Origin: Candidatus Iainarchaeum sp.
Lineage (GTDB): Archaea > Iainarchaeota > Iainarchaeia > Iainarchaeales > GCA-2688035
Assembly: GCA_028713935.1 (NCBI GenBank)
Contig: JAQTNI010000002.1
Span: 1 to 32,000 of the forward strand
Direction: 5' to 3'
DNA: 32,000 bases
Shown here in pieces: positions 23,260 through 32,000 of the stretch; positions within the stretch are counted from its first letter, which is position 1, and every line of letters starts with the position of its first letter. The position numbers and the translations under genes are program-made. Under the pieces are notes generated by a model. That model was given only the letters and a program-made list of their open reading frames with translations. It made no database searches and had not been told where the DNA came from.

Positions 23260-24418
23260 GCTTTTCTTTTACAAAAAAAAGCATTGCAATTGCGATTATT
23301 GTCAGGCCTATTGAAAGATAGAATGGCACAAACTTGCTTGTTGTGTCCCAGAGAAGGCCCGCAATTATTGAAGATGGCAATGCGCATAGGCCTGTTGCCA
23401 TTTCAAAAAATCCCAGTGAGGAAGCCCTGAATTCTTTTGGGCAGAGTTCTGAAACAAATGCCCTTTGCACTGGATTTAATGCGCCTTCCTGCAGGCCGAA
23501 TGCAATGAAAGCAAGGATTATTGCTGCGAAGGCCTGTGTAGTGACAAAAGAAATGCAGACAAGGAGCCAGAGAATAAAAGAAATCATTATTACCGGCTTT
23601 CTGCCTATTTTGTCAGCCATTTTTCCAAAGGGAATTGATGAAAGCGATGCAAATCCCATATAAAAAAGGTAAAGCGCGGGAATGAAAATTATTGGGATTC
23701 CCGCTTCTTTGGCAAAAATCAGCAAAAAAGAATAGCTGAAGGAACCGAGTGCAAAAACAGAATTAAGCAGGATAAACAATTTGAAATTTTTGCCAATTTT
23801 TTTAAAATAAAATTTTTCTGTTTTTGTTTTTTCAGGTGCAGTTTCTGCCTTGTGTTTTTTTTCTTTTATAAAATGCAGTATCAGTACTGCGCCTATGAAA
23901 GAAGGCACTGCTGCGAGAAGAAACAATTCCTGGTAGCCAAGCACTGCAAAAAGAATTATGCAGGCAATTATTCCGCATACGCCTCCCAGCTTGTCCATTG
24001 CCCTTAGTATTCCAAAATTTTTTCCCCTGTTTTGTTCCGTTGAAATATCTGCAACAATTGCATCTCTTGGCGCATCCCTTATTTTTCCAGACCTGTCAAG
24101 AATCCGAAAAGGGATTAGCTGCTGCCAGCTTATAGAGGCCGCATACCCAATTCTTGAAAGCGCCCCGAACAGATAGCCGAGCCAGATAAAAATTTTTCTT
24201 TTTTTCCACCTGTCAGAGAGATAGCCTGAAACTGCCTGTGAAATTGAAACAAGAGAATCCCCCAATCCATCCAGAAAGCCAAGCGTAACCATGTTTGCGC
24301 CGAAAAAGCCTGTTACAAACAACGGCCATATGGGATAAATCATGTATGCGCCGAAATCATTGAGAAAAGACGCGATTGAAAAAGTTGCCAGTGTTTTTTT
24401 GTGTTGCTTTTCCTGCAT
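23246..24418 (-). CDS. MFS transporter
   Basis: 390 aa with about 12 hydrophobic spans. MFS loop 2-3-like motif SGYLSDRWKKRK and a second-half FGKMADKIGRKP motif. Confidence 0.85.
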   Translation of the reverse strand: MQEKQHKKTLATFSIASFLNDFGAYMIYPIWPLFVTGFFGANMVTLGFLDGLGDSLVSISQAVSGYLSDRWKKRKIFIWLGYLFGALSRIGYAASISWQQLIPFRILDRSGKIRDAPRDAIVADISTEQNRGKNFGILRAMDKLGGVCGIIACIILFAVLGYQELFLLAAVPSFIGAVLILHFIKEKKHKAETAPEKTKTEKFYFKKIGKNFKLFILLNSVFALGSFSYSFLLIFAKEAGIPIIFIPALYLFYMGFASLSSIPFGKMADKIGRKPVIMISFILWLLVCISFVTTQAFAAIILAFIAFGLQEGALNPVQRAFVSELCPKEFRASSLGFFEMATGLCALPSSIIAGLLWDTTSKFVPFYLSIGLTIIAIAMLFFVKEKPRAE

Positions 24419-24515
24419 AGGATACCATTCTTTTGGTTGCCTGAAAGTTTTTTTAAACAGGTGCCTGGAATAGGAAATTTTATTAATTCCAAATCCGTTA
24501 TTATTGCTGGTTTTT

Positions 24516-25004
24516 ATGGGAATTTATGACAATAAGAAGAAGCAAGGAATAAAATTCGGGTTTTCCTTTAAGCAATTCAAATACCCTGCGATTTTTGTTG
24601 GAGGGCTAATCGTAATAATAATTGTTTTTCTTGCCTTGCAGGCATTGCTTGAGCCACAGCCAATAATTGTTTCCATTAATCCAAACCCGATTGATTTGGC
24701 GCAGGAAGAGACTGCGTTGCTGACTGTAAATGCAGTTAACACTACACAGCAAAATTCCGCAAGCTCTTCCCTTAAAGTTGTGCCTGTTGCATCTGAAATG
24801 TTTGTTGTTACGCCTGCCTTGCAGGAAATTTCAACTTTTGAAGCTGGCGCAAGAAGGGAATTTGTTTTTCAAATAAGGCCTTTGAACAAGGCAAACCCCA
24901 ATTCAATTGTTCCGCCTGGCGATTATAAAATAAAAATTTTGCTTGCAATTAACGGCCAGGAATTTTCAAAAGAAATTGTTTTGCAGATAAAAGGCGCTTC
25001 CTGA
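24516..25004 (+). CDS. Type-II-anchored protein with Ig/CARDB-like ectodomain (hypothetical)
   Basis: Start at MGIYDNKKK (ATG 24516). One TM AIFVGGLIVIIIVFLAL, followed by a beta-rich ~100-aa domain. Confidence 0.6.
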   Translation: MGIYDNKKKQGIKFGFSFKQFKYPAIFVGGLIVIIIVFLALQALLEPQPIIVSINPNPIDLAQEETALLTVNAVNTTQQNSASSSLKVVPVASEMFVVTPALQEISTFEAGARREFVFQIRPLNKANPNSIVPPGDYKIKILLAINGQEFSKEIVLQIKGAS

Positions 25005-25030
25005 CTTGAAAATTCTTTTTTTGGGATATT

Positions 25031-25729
25031 ATGAAAAACACAACAAATGTAAATCCAGAAGATTTGAATTATCACCACCATTCAGCGCGCAGATATGATG
25101 CTGAAATTGTGGATTCAATTCCTTTTTACAATGAAATCCACAAAATAATTCAAAATTTTATTTCAGAAAATTTTGAGGTTAACAAGAACTATTCTATTCT
25201 GGATTTGGGAGTTGGAACAGGGTTTACAAGCAAGATTTTTCTTGACTTATTGCCAAATTCGGAGCTTGACGCAGTGGATTTTTCAAGGAACATGCTGAAA
25301 GGCGCAAAAAAAAGGCTTGGCAAAGAGCGCGTGAATTTCATTTTTGGAGATTATTCAAAATTGAAATTTGGTAAAAAATATGACATTGTTGTTTCTGTTC
25401 TGGGAATGCATCACCAGACAAATTTTGGCAAAAAACTGGTGTTCAAAAAAATTTATTCAATGCTAAAACCGAAAGGAATTTTCATTTTTGGAGACCTTGT
25501 TACTCACAAGAATAAACACAAAGCAGCTTTGAACCATGCTTTGCATCTGGGCAGTTTGGTTGGGCATGCCACAAACCAAAAGATGCTTCAAGAGTGGGCA
25601 TATCATCATCTTGTCCTGAATGACCTTGCCCCTGTAGAAGACCAATTGTCCTGGCTGAAAAGTTTTGGTTTTAAGGCAAAATTAGCTTTTTTGAAAATGA
25701 ACACTGCACTAATCATTTGCAGAAAATAA
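25031..25729 (+). CDS. Class I SAM-dependent methyltransferase
   Basis: Motif I ILDLGVGTGFTS with post-I D (AVDFS). The N-terminal YDAEIVDSIPFYNEIH resembles the CmoA-like / Methyltransf_25 group. Confidence 0.85.
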   Translation: MKNTTNVNPEDLNYHHHSARRYDAEIVDSIPFYNEIHKIIQNFISENFEVNKNYSILDLGVGTGFTSKIFLDLLPNSELDAVDFSRNMLKGAKKRLGKERVNFIFGDYSKLKFGKKYDIVVSVLGMHHQTNFGKKLVFKKIYSMLKPKGIFIFGDLVTHKNKHKAALNHALHLGSLVGHATNQKMLQEWAYHHLVLNDLAPVEDQLSWLKSFGFKAKLAFLKMNTALIICRK

Positions 25730-25734
25730 CTGGC

Positions 25735-26004
25735 TTATAGCATTTCAAAGCCCATGAATTCGCCTGTGGGGATTTCATGTTCAATAATGCATTTTGAAAC
25801 AGTGCCGGGCGAAGAGGATTTTATTTTTTCAATCAGCTTTTCAATTGAGTTTTGCTCGCCTTCCGCGACTATTTCAACGCTGCCGTCAATCCTGTTAGTA
25901 ACCCAGCCTTTCAGGCCAAGGAGCTTTCCCCAGCTCACTGTGCTATAGCGGAATCCGACTCCCTGCACCAAGCCGGTTACAATAATGTGAACCCTTTTAA
26001 TCAT
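25735..26004 (-). CDS. acyP: Acylphosphatase
   Basis: 89 aa. The V.G.VQGVGFR signature (VTGLVQGVGFRY) and GWV.N...GSVE motif are present. Confidence 0.9.
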   Translation of the reverse strand: MIKRVHIIVTGLVQGVGFRYSTVSWGKLLGLKGWVTNRIDGSVEIVAEGEQNSIEKLIEKIKSSSPGTVSKCIIEHEIPTGEFMGFEML

Positions 26005-26084
26005 TGTACTAATTTTGCAGCAATTATTTTTAATTGTTATCCATCTTATCCTTTATGATAATTCAATTTTTTTTGGTGCCTTAA

Positions 26085-26642
26085 ATGGATTTGAAGGAAA
26101 TCAGGATTCACGGAAGAGGAGGCCAGGGAGCTGTTACTAGCTCGCAGGTTTTGGCAATTGCAGCTTTTTTTGACGGAAAGAAAAGCCAGGCTTTTCCTTA
26201 TTTTGGAGTGGAAAGGACTGGTGCGCCAGTAGAGGCTTTTGCAAGGATTTCAAAGGAAAAAATTTTTGTAAGGCAGCATGTTTATGAGCCTGATTTTGTA
26301 TTGGTTCTTGATTCTTCTCTTGTAAATGCAGTTGATGTGACAAAGGGCCTGAAAAAAAACGGTTTTATTATTGTGAATTCAAACAAGAATCAGGAAGAAA
26401 TCGGCCTGAAAGGCTTCAAAATCCATTGCATTGACATTACGAAAACAGCATTGGAAATAATTGGCAAGCCATTCGTGAATATTGCAGCGCTTGGCGCTTT
26501 TGCGGGCCTGAGCAAAGAAGTTTCACTGGAAGCGCTTGGAAAGGCAATTGACCAGCGCTTTGCAGGCAATCCGCGCATAGCAGACCTAAACAAGAAAGCC
26601 TGTGCAAAATTGTTTGAGGAAGCCGCAAAATTAAAAAAATAA
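26085..26642 (+). CDS. porG: Pyruvate/2-oxoacid:ferredoxin oxidoreductase gamma subunit
   Basis: 185 aa. The N-terminus EIRIHGRGGQGAVTSSQVLA is typical of POR gamma. First gene of a porGDAB-ordered operon. Confidence 0.9.
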   Translation: MDLKEIRIHGRGGQGAVTSSQVLAIAAFFDGKKSQAFPYFGVERTGAPVEAFARISKEKIFVRQHVYEPDFVLVLDSSLVNAVDVTKGLKKNGFIIVNSNKNQEEIGLKGFKIHCIDITKTALEIIGKPFVNIAALGAFAGLSKEVSLEALGKAIDQRFAGNPRIADLNKKACAKLFEEAAKLKK

Positions 26643-26657
26643 TTTTTAATGATTTTT

Positions 26658-26957
26658 ATGGCAAAAGAAAAAAAGAGCAAGGCTGAAAAAAAGCAGGAAC
26701 TGCCTTCGGGGGCAGTTGTGCTTGAGCCTGGAAGCGCAAAAAAATACCATACAGGGGCATGGAGAACTTACAGGCCTGTTTTGCACAATGACAAGTGCAT
26801 TAAATGCGGCAATTGCTGGAAAGTCTGCCCTGATGCTGCAATAAAAAAAAGCCCTGAAGGAATTTTTTACATTGATTACACTTACTGCAAGGGCTGCCTG
26901 ATTTGCGTGAACGAATGCGCAGTAAAGGCAATTGTGAAAGAGGTCGAGGTAAAATGA
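26658..26957 (+). CDS. porD: POR delta subunit (2x[4Fe-4S] ferredoxin-like)
   Basis: CIKCGNCWKVCP and CKGCLICVNEC cluster motifs. Start at MAKEKK (ATG 26658). The stop overlaps the porA ATG (ATGA). Confidence 0.9.
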   Translation: MAKEKKSKAEKKQELPSGAVVLEPGSAKKYHTGAWRTYRPVLHNDKCIKCGNCWKVCPDAAIKKSPEGIFYIDYTYCKGCLICVNECAVKAIVKEVEVK

Positions 26958-28093
26958 GAAAGGTTGAAGAATCTTCAATTGCAGTTGCAATTGGCGCAAA
27001 GCTTGCAAGAGTCCAGGTTTGCCCAATGTATCCGATTACTCCTTCAACCCATGTCCATGAGCATATTGCGGAGTTTGTCAATAATGGCGAGCTTGAAGCG
27101 GCTTTGATTAATGTTGAATCAGAGCATTCAGCTTTGAGCGCAGCAGTCGGGGCTTCAGCAACTGGTTCAAGGGCTTTTACTGCCACTTCTTCGCAGGGAT
27201 TTGCATTGATGTTTGAAATTCTGCCGATTGCATCGGGAATGAGATTGCCGATTGTAATGGCTGTTGCAAACCGTTCTCTCAGCGCTCCAATTAATATCTG
27301 GAATGACCATTCAGATTCTGTTTCAGCAAGGGACCAGGGCTGGATACAGTTGTATGTTGAATCAGGACAGGAAGCACTTGACACAACAATCCAGGCATTC
27401 AAAATTGCAGAAAACAAAAAAGTAATGCTCCCAGTAATGGTGAACCTTGACGGCTTTTCATTGACGCATGTTTTTGAGGAAATTGACCTGCCTGACCAAA
27501 AAGAAGTTGACTCTTTTTTGCCTGCTTACAAAGCAGAGCATTTTTTGGACCCAGCAAAACCAAAAACTTTTGGCCCGATTGCTTTTCCGGATTCTTTCAT
27601 GGAATTCAAAAAAATGCAGCAGGAAGCAATGCTTGAAAGCCTTGAAATAATCAAAAAAACAAATTCGGATTTTGCAAAAAAATTTGGGAGAAGTTATGGA
27701 AACGGCTTAATTGAATTGTACAAAATGGCTGATGCAAAATTTGCGGTAATTGCAATGGGCACTGCCTGCGGAACAGCAAGGGTTGTTGTTGATGAACTCC
27801 GCGCAAAAGGAAAAAAAGTTGGCCTGATAAAATTGAAATGCTTAAGGCCCCTGCCTGTTGAGGATTTGCAGAAGGCAATGAAAAGCCTGAAAGCACTTGG
27901 CGTAATTGACAGGCATGTTTCCCTCGGCTTTGAAGGGCCTTTGTTTTCGGATTTGAAAAGCATTGCAAAAGAAAACCTAAAAATAATTGATTTTATTGCC
28001 GGCCTTGGAGGCAGGGATGTTTCAATGAGGCATATTCACAGTGTTTTTGAAGAAATCCAGAAAGCAAAGCCGAAAGGGAGCTGGCTATTATGA
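26954..28093 (+). CDS. porA: POR alpha subunit
   Basis: Start at MRKVEESSIAVA (ATG 26954). The YPITPST motif and overall similarity to PorA. The stop overlaps the porB ATG. Confidence 0.92.
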   Translation: MRKVEESSIAVAIGAKLARVQVCPMYPITPSTHVHEHIAEFVNNGELEAALINVESEHSALSAAVGASATGSRAFTATSSQGFALMFEILPIASGMRLPIVMAVANRSLSAPINIWNDHSDSVSARDQGWIQLYVESGQEALDTTIQAFKIAENKKVMLPVMVNLDGFSLTHVFEEIDLPDQKEVDSFLPAYKAEHFLDPAKPKTFGPIAFPDSFMEFKKMQQEAMLESLEIIKKTNSDFAKKFGRSYGNGLIELYKMADAKFAVIAMGTACGTARVVVDELRAKGKKVGLIKLKCLRPLPVEDLQKAMKSLKALGVIDRHVSLGFEGPLFSDLKSIAKENLKIIDFIAGLGGRDVSMRHIHSVFEEIQKAKPKGSWLL

Positions 28094-30123
28094 CAGAAGA
28101 AAAAAAACAGGAAAAAATTGCAGGCTTAAGCACAGAAGAATTGTTTTCTTCGGGGCACAGGGCATGCGCAGGCTGCGGCGAAGCCCTTACATTAAGGCAC
28201 ATAATGAAGGCTGCAGGCAGGAACACTATTGTTGTTTCGGCAACTGGCTGCATGGAAGTTGTTTCCACTCCTTTTCCCCAGACAGCATGGGAAGTCCCGT
28301 TTATTCATGTTGCATTTGAAAATGCGGCTGCGGTTGCATCAGGAATAGATGCGGCACTGAGAATGCAGAAAAAACGCGAAGGCATAAATCTCCTTGCAAT
28401 TGGAGGAGACGGAGCTTCCTTTGACATTGGCTTCGGCGCTTTAAGCGGGGCTTTAGAAAGAGGCCAAAAATTCACTTATATTGCAACAGACAATGAAGCA
28501 TACATGAATTGCTTATCTTTATCATCATTGATTCTAATGAAAGACGGGCTCAAGGGGATTGCTGAAATAAAAAAAGGAGATTTGGTTTATGCTTTTAACC
28601 AAAATTCCCATGAGTTGGTTTTGAAAAAATGTGTTGGTGTTTTTAACAATGGCAAAAAAGAAGTGTTTGAACTGGACACTTTGCACCACACAATAAAGGC
28701 AACTTCAAATCATCCTTTTTTGGTTGTTGAAAAAAAAGGCAGAGGCAAAGAAAATACTCTTGTTTGGAAAACATTGGGGGGATTAAAAAAGGGAGAGCAA
28801 ATAATTGTTTTGAAAAATTTACCTTCTGAAAAATCTTTTTCTTTCCAAAAAATAAAACTTTCCAAAAAAGGCGATTTTAAGGTTAATAAAATTAATGAAA
28901 TAAAATTGCCTTTAATTTCAAGCCCAGATCTGATGGAATTTTTTGGAATTTTTTTGGGAGATGGATGGGCTAGGTTGAATCATGGAGAAATTGGCTTTGC
29001 CTTGCCAGAGGGCAAACAAGCAAGAGACAGGCTTTTAATGCTTCAGGAAAGGCTTTTTGGCTTAAAGCCAAGGCTTGGCAAAAACTATGTCTATTTTAAT
29101 TCAGTTAATCTTGCAAAGTTTATTGATTCTTTAGGCTTTAACAAGCCAGCCAAGCAAAAAACAGTTCCTGGCTGGGTTTTTACTTTGCCTGCCGATGAAA
29201 AAGAATCTTTTATAAGGGGGTTAATGCTTTCAGATGGCTACAAAACAGGCAACAGTTCAAGGATTGTTTCAGCGAGCTTTGATTTGCTGCAAAGGACAAG
29301 GCTTTTACTGCAGACAATAGGCTACCGCGTGGGGAAAATTCACAAGCAGAAAAAAGTAAAAGGAACACATTGTGTTTACAGGCCGCTTTTGAAAGATTGC
29401 GAATATGGCTATATTTGTTTCAGCGAACGCGATGATTGGAACATGGAAAAATACAAATCTCAATACAAATATCACAATTTTTTATTGGGAAACAAATTTT
29501 TTGAAACAGAAAAAATCCAAAGCATAAAATCAGTTGGAATTGAACCCACATTGGATTTGAGAGTCGAAGGAGAGCATAATTTTGTTGCCGATGGTATAGT
29601 TGTACATAACACGGGGGTCCAAAGAAGCGGCGCAACTCCCTTTTATGCAAACACAACTACAAGCCCTGCCGGAAAAAAAATTCATGGAAAGCTTGAGCCA
29701 AAAAAGCCATTGCCTTTGATTGTGGCTGCCCATGGCATTAAGTATGTTGCAACTGTTTCAATTGCAAATTTTTCTGATTTGCACGCAAAAATCCAGAAAG
29801 CGCTTTCAATTGACGGCCCGAGCTTTATTATTGCATATTGCCCCTGCCCAGTCGGATGGCAGCACGATTTTTCCCAGGCAATCAACCTGGCAAGGCTTGC
29901 AATCCAGACAAGGGTTTTCCCTTTATATGAAATTGAAAACGGAATCCTTTCCTTTAACCAGAAAATTGAGGAGCCAAAGCCATTGAAGGATTATTTCCAG
30001 CTGCAGGGCAGGTTCAAGCACCTTTCAGAAGAAGAAATTGCCCAGGCACAGGCATATGTAAATGCCCGCTATGACTTCCTGCTTGGAATTGAAGGAAAAA
30101 AAAGTTTTGATGTGCTATACTGA
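28090..30123 (+). CDS. porB: POR beta subunit (TPP-binding) interrupted by an in-frame intein
   Basis: The N-extein has CAGCGE, GGDG....DIG and DNEAYMN. The C-extein starts TGVQRSGATP. The exteins total 310 aa, the normal PorB size. Confidence 0.92.
   Translation: MTEEKKQEKIAGLSTEELFSSGHRACAGCGEALTLRHIMKAAGRNTIVVSATGCMEVVSTPFPQTAWEVPFIHVAFENAAAVASGIDAALRMQKKREGINLLAIGGDGASFDIGFGALSGALERGQKFTYIATDNEAYMNCLSLSSLILMKDGLKGIAEIKKGDLVYAFNQNSHELVLKKCVGVFNNGKKEVFELDTLHHTIKATSNHPFLVVEKKGRGKENTLVWKTLGGLKKGEQIIVLKNLPSEKSFSFQKIKLSKKGDFKVNKINEIKLPLISSPDLMEFFGIFLGDGWARLNHGEIGFALPEGKQARDRLLMLQERLFGLKPRLGKNYVYFNSVNLAKFIDSLGFNKPAKQKTVPGWVFTLPADEKESFIRGLMLSDGYKTGNSSRIVSASFDLLQRTRLLLQTIGYRVGKIHKQKKVKGTHCVYRPLLKDCEYGYICFSERDDWNMEKYKSQYKYHNFLLGNKFFETEKIQSIKSVGIEPTLDLRVEGEHNFVADGIVVHNTGVQRSGATPFYANTTTSPAGKKIHGKLEPKKPLPLIVAAHGIKYVATVSIANFSDLHAKIQKALSIDGPSFIIAYCPCPVGWQHDFSQAINLARLAIQTRVFPLYEIENGILSFNQKIEEPKPLKDYFQLQGRFKHLSEEEIAQAQAYVNARYDFLLGIEGKKSFDVLY
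28510..29610 (+). mobile_element. 367-aa intein with LAGLIDADG homing-endonuclease domain in PorB
   Basis: Cys1 (CLSLSSLILMKDG), block B TSNHPF, LAGLIDADG motifs FFGIFLGDGWA and FIRGLMLSDGY, terminal GIVVHN followed by Thr+1. Excision restores the contiguous motif DNEAYMN-TGVQRSG. Confidence 0.9.
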
Positions 30124-30128
30124 TTCTT

Positions 30129-30557
30129 ATGCCGGAACAAAAATTTCCAGAGCCTGGTGTTGGCGCATTGATTTTTAATCAAAAGGGCAAAATTTTTTTG
30201 ATGAAATCCTACAAATGTAAAGGGCTTTGGATTTTGCCAAGCGGCCATATTGAATTGGGAGAAACAATTGAACAAGCCGTAAAGAGAGAGGTAAAAGAGG
30301 AAACTACTTTGGAAGTTTTTGACATAAAATTTTTGTGCATGCACGAGACTATTTTTGACAAAGTATATTACAAAAAAAAACATTTTTTGATTTTTGAGTT
30401 TGCATGCAAAACAAATTCAGAAAAGGTAGAGCTTAATGAAGAAGCGGAGGAATACACTTGGGCAACAATTCCGGAAGCATTCAGGTTGCCCCTAACAGAG
30501 TATACAAAAAAAACAATTGAAGAATACAAAAAAAAGCTTGAGGAAAAAAAGGGTTAG
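30129..30557 (+). CDS. NUDIX hydrolase
   Basis: Nudix box GHIELGETIEQAVKREVKEETTL (Gx5Ex7REUxEExGU pattern). Confidence 0.9.
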   Translation: MPEQKFPEPGVGALIFNQKGKIFLMKSYKCKGLWILPSGHIELGETIEQAVKREVKEETTLEVFDIKFLCMHETIFDKVYYKKKHFLIFEFACKTNSEKVELNEEAEEYTWATIPEAFRLPLTEYTKKTIEEYKKKLEEKKG

Positions 30558-30582
30558 GCAATTTTTAAAGTTTTTTTTCTCC

Positions 30583-31131
30583 TTATCTTACCATTCCGAA
30601 TTGTTTGTTTTTGCCTGTCATTTTGATGAAGTAACGCATTCTCTTCTTGAATTCCTCGGGGCGTTTTCTTGCGTCTTCAATAAATCCAATCCTGATCCGT
30701 TTGTATGCCAGCGAAAATTTCCCGAAGTTTTTCCAAACCAGTTTATCCTGTTTCAGTTCTTTAAGAATGTCATTTGGAATAACAAATTTGTCATTAAGGT
30801 TATCCTTGATTTTTGCCAGCCCGGCCCGCGTCATCTTCCCCTTTCTAATGAGCCGCCTTGCGCGCTCCTTGTTCATCTCTGATAGCGGGCTATTTTCTCT
30901 TCGCGGAGTGAAGCGCTGGGCAGTCCTTTCTTCATCAATTTTTTTTACTGTGCTGTCAATCCAGCCGTAACATAATGCTTCTTCAACAGCATAATTGTAT
31001 GGAATCCTTGGTTTATTCGAATGTTTTTTGTAATACACCAGCCAAATTTCTTTTTCAGTGGCATGATGTTTTGCAAGCCATGAACGCCAGGCTTTTCTGC
31101 CAGTAACATAAAGCGTTTTTCCCAGTTTCAT
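30583..31131 (-). CDS. YdeI/OmpD-associated (OmdA) family protein
   Basis: Start at MKLGKTLY (ATG 31131); the longer ORF to 31407 overlaps proS. WRSWLAKHH, YNYAVEEALCYGWIDS and FTPRRENSPLSEMN are typical of this family. Confidence 0.8.
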   Translation of the reverse strand: MKLGKTLYVTGRKAWRSWLAKHHATEKEIWLVYYKKHSNKPRIPYNYAVEEALCYGWIDSTVKKIDEERTAQRFTPRRENSPLSEMNKERARRLIRKGKMTRAGLAKIKDNLNDKFVIPNDILKELKQDKLVWKNFGKFSLAYKRIRIGFIEDARKRPEEFKKRMRYFIKMTGKNKQFGMVR

Positions 31132-31204
31132 TCTAGAATATGCTGGTGAAACAATTTTAAGAATTAGTTGCCGGCAGCCCGCATGCCAATTTTCTAAGCA
31201 ATCC

Positions 31205-32000
31205 TTAATACTGCTTTGCAATGTAAACGACTTTTGTCGCGGGCTTTCCGCAGATTGCGCATTTTTTGTTTCCAAAAGGGGGCTCTTTTTTGTCGACTCT
31301 TGTTCCGCGCACTGTTGCAGAAAAATCTTTTTCAATTGTTTCAGCGCATTTTGCGCCTTCAAGGCCTGTTGAGCAGAAATTTGCCCTTGCAATTCCCCTG
31401 TTTTCAAGAACCTTTGAAATTTCTTCGTGAGAAGAGGCGTCCCTTATAAGCCCTTCAAAAATCCTGTCCGCTTTTTTAATAAGGTTCTGCGAAATTTCTT
31501 TTCCGGTTTTTTTTATAAAGTCAGGCAGTTCTTTTTCTGCAATTGTTTTTTTCTCAGCCGTATCGCGCCTGAAAACAGTCAGTTTTTTTTGTTCCAGTTC
31601 TTTTGGGCCAAGCTCTATTCTCAGGGGAACACCTTTCATTTCCCAGAAATAAAATTTTTCGCCAGGCATCCCTTCTTTTGAATCAATTCCAACCCTGTAG
31701 CCTTCATTGGCAAGCATTGCCTTCAGCTCAGCTGTCTTTTCAAGGACTTTTTTGTTTTTGTCAAAGGCAATTGGGACAATTACAATCTGCATTGGCGCAA
31801 TTTCAAAGGGAAATTTTAATCCCTTGTTGTCGCCATGGGTAATTACAACGCTTGCAAAAATCCTGCTTATTGCAGGGCCATAACATGTCAGGTAACAGAA
31901 TTTTTCCTCTCCCTTGCTGTCAGTGAATTTTACATCAAAGGGAGTGCTGAAATTCTGGCCAAGCATGTGGGTTGACGGCTGCTGCACTATTCTTCCATCG
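31205..32000 (-). CDS. proS: Prolyl-tRNA synthetase, archaeal/eukaryotic type (C-terminal ~265 aa; 5' part is outside the window)
   Basis: Class II motif-3 region and anticodon-binding domain (PMQIVIVPI), then a C-terminal Zn-binding domain ending CAICGKPATKVVYIAKQY. The frame stays open to the window edge. Confidence 0.92.
   Translation of the reverse strand, partial: DGRIVQQPSTHMLGQNFSTPFDVKFTDSKGEEKFCYLTCYGPAISRIFASVVITHGDNKGLKFPFEIAPMQIVIVPIAFDKNKKVLEKTAELKAMLANEGYRVGIDSKEGMPGEKFYFWEMKGVPLRIELGPKELEQKKLTVFRRDTAEKKTIAEKELPDFIKKTGKEISQNLIKKADRIFEGLIRDASSHEEISKVLENRGIARANFCSTGLEGAKCAETIEKDFSATVRGTRVDKKEPPFGNKKCAICGKPATKVVYIAKQY

Noticed and set aside
26800-27417. 205-aa minus-strand ORF, and other long antisense ORFs such as 3619..4083 and 3665..4291
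   Set aside because: They lie entirely antisense to confidently identified genes (porD/porA, the surface protein) and have no motifs; they are treated as spurious.
1-32000. CRISPR arrays, rRNA genes, RNase P/SRP RNA, IS elements, reverse transcriptase/DGR components
   Set aside because: Visual reading found no regularly spaced direct repeats, no rRNA-like conserved stretches and no transposase or RT motifs in any listed ORF. Small or divergent ncRNAs could still be missed without covariance-model searches.

Overview
AT-rich, very gene-dense archaeal chromosome segment. The archaeal assignment rests on a tRNA intron with a canonical bulge-helix-bulge junction, diphthine synthase, a DRG-type GTPase, an archaeal/eukaryotic-type ProRS and a four-subunit porGDAB operon. 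By inference it comes from a small-genome, DPANN-like lineage: there are many overlapping genes, many signal-peptide/TM-anchored surface proteins, and nucleotide-salvage or house-cleaning enzymes, but no biosynthetic pathways. I call about 43 CDS, 3 tRNAs (Leu-UAG, Val-CAC, and Pro-CGG with an 87-nt intron), one intein and one twice-occurring noncoding element. No rRNA, CRISPR array, transposase or integrase was recognised. Items worth follow-up: (1) a 367-aa LAGLIDADG intein inserted in the thiamine-diphosphate motif of PorB; (2) a ~140-nt noncoding, hairpin-rich element present twice in inverted orientation 21 kb apart, whose 81-nt core differs by one substitution and one indel (candidate small RNA gene); (3) six orphan, Arg/Lys-rich ORFs interspersed among housekeeping genes, which by eye fall into a 3-member family, a 2-member family and a singleton; (4) a minus-strand cluster of a HerA/FtsK-type ATPase without NurA, a repeat-containing Arg-rich protein and VapBC; (5) a free-standing LAGLIDADG ORF and a phosphoesterase gene whose stop codons lie inside downstream tRNA genes. 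All homology calls are by-eye motif recognition; no database search was possible.
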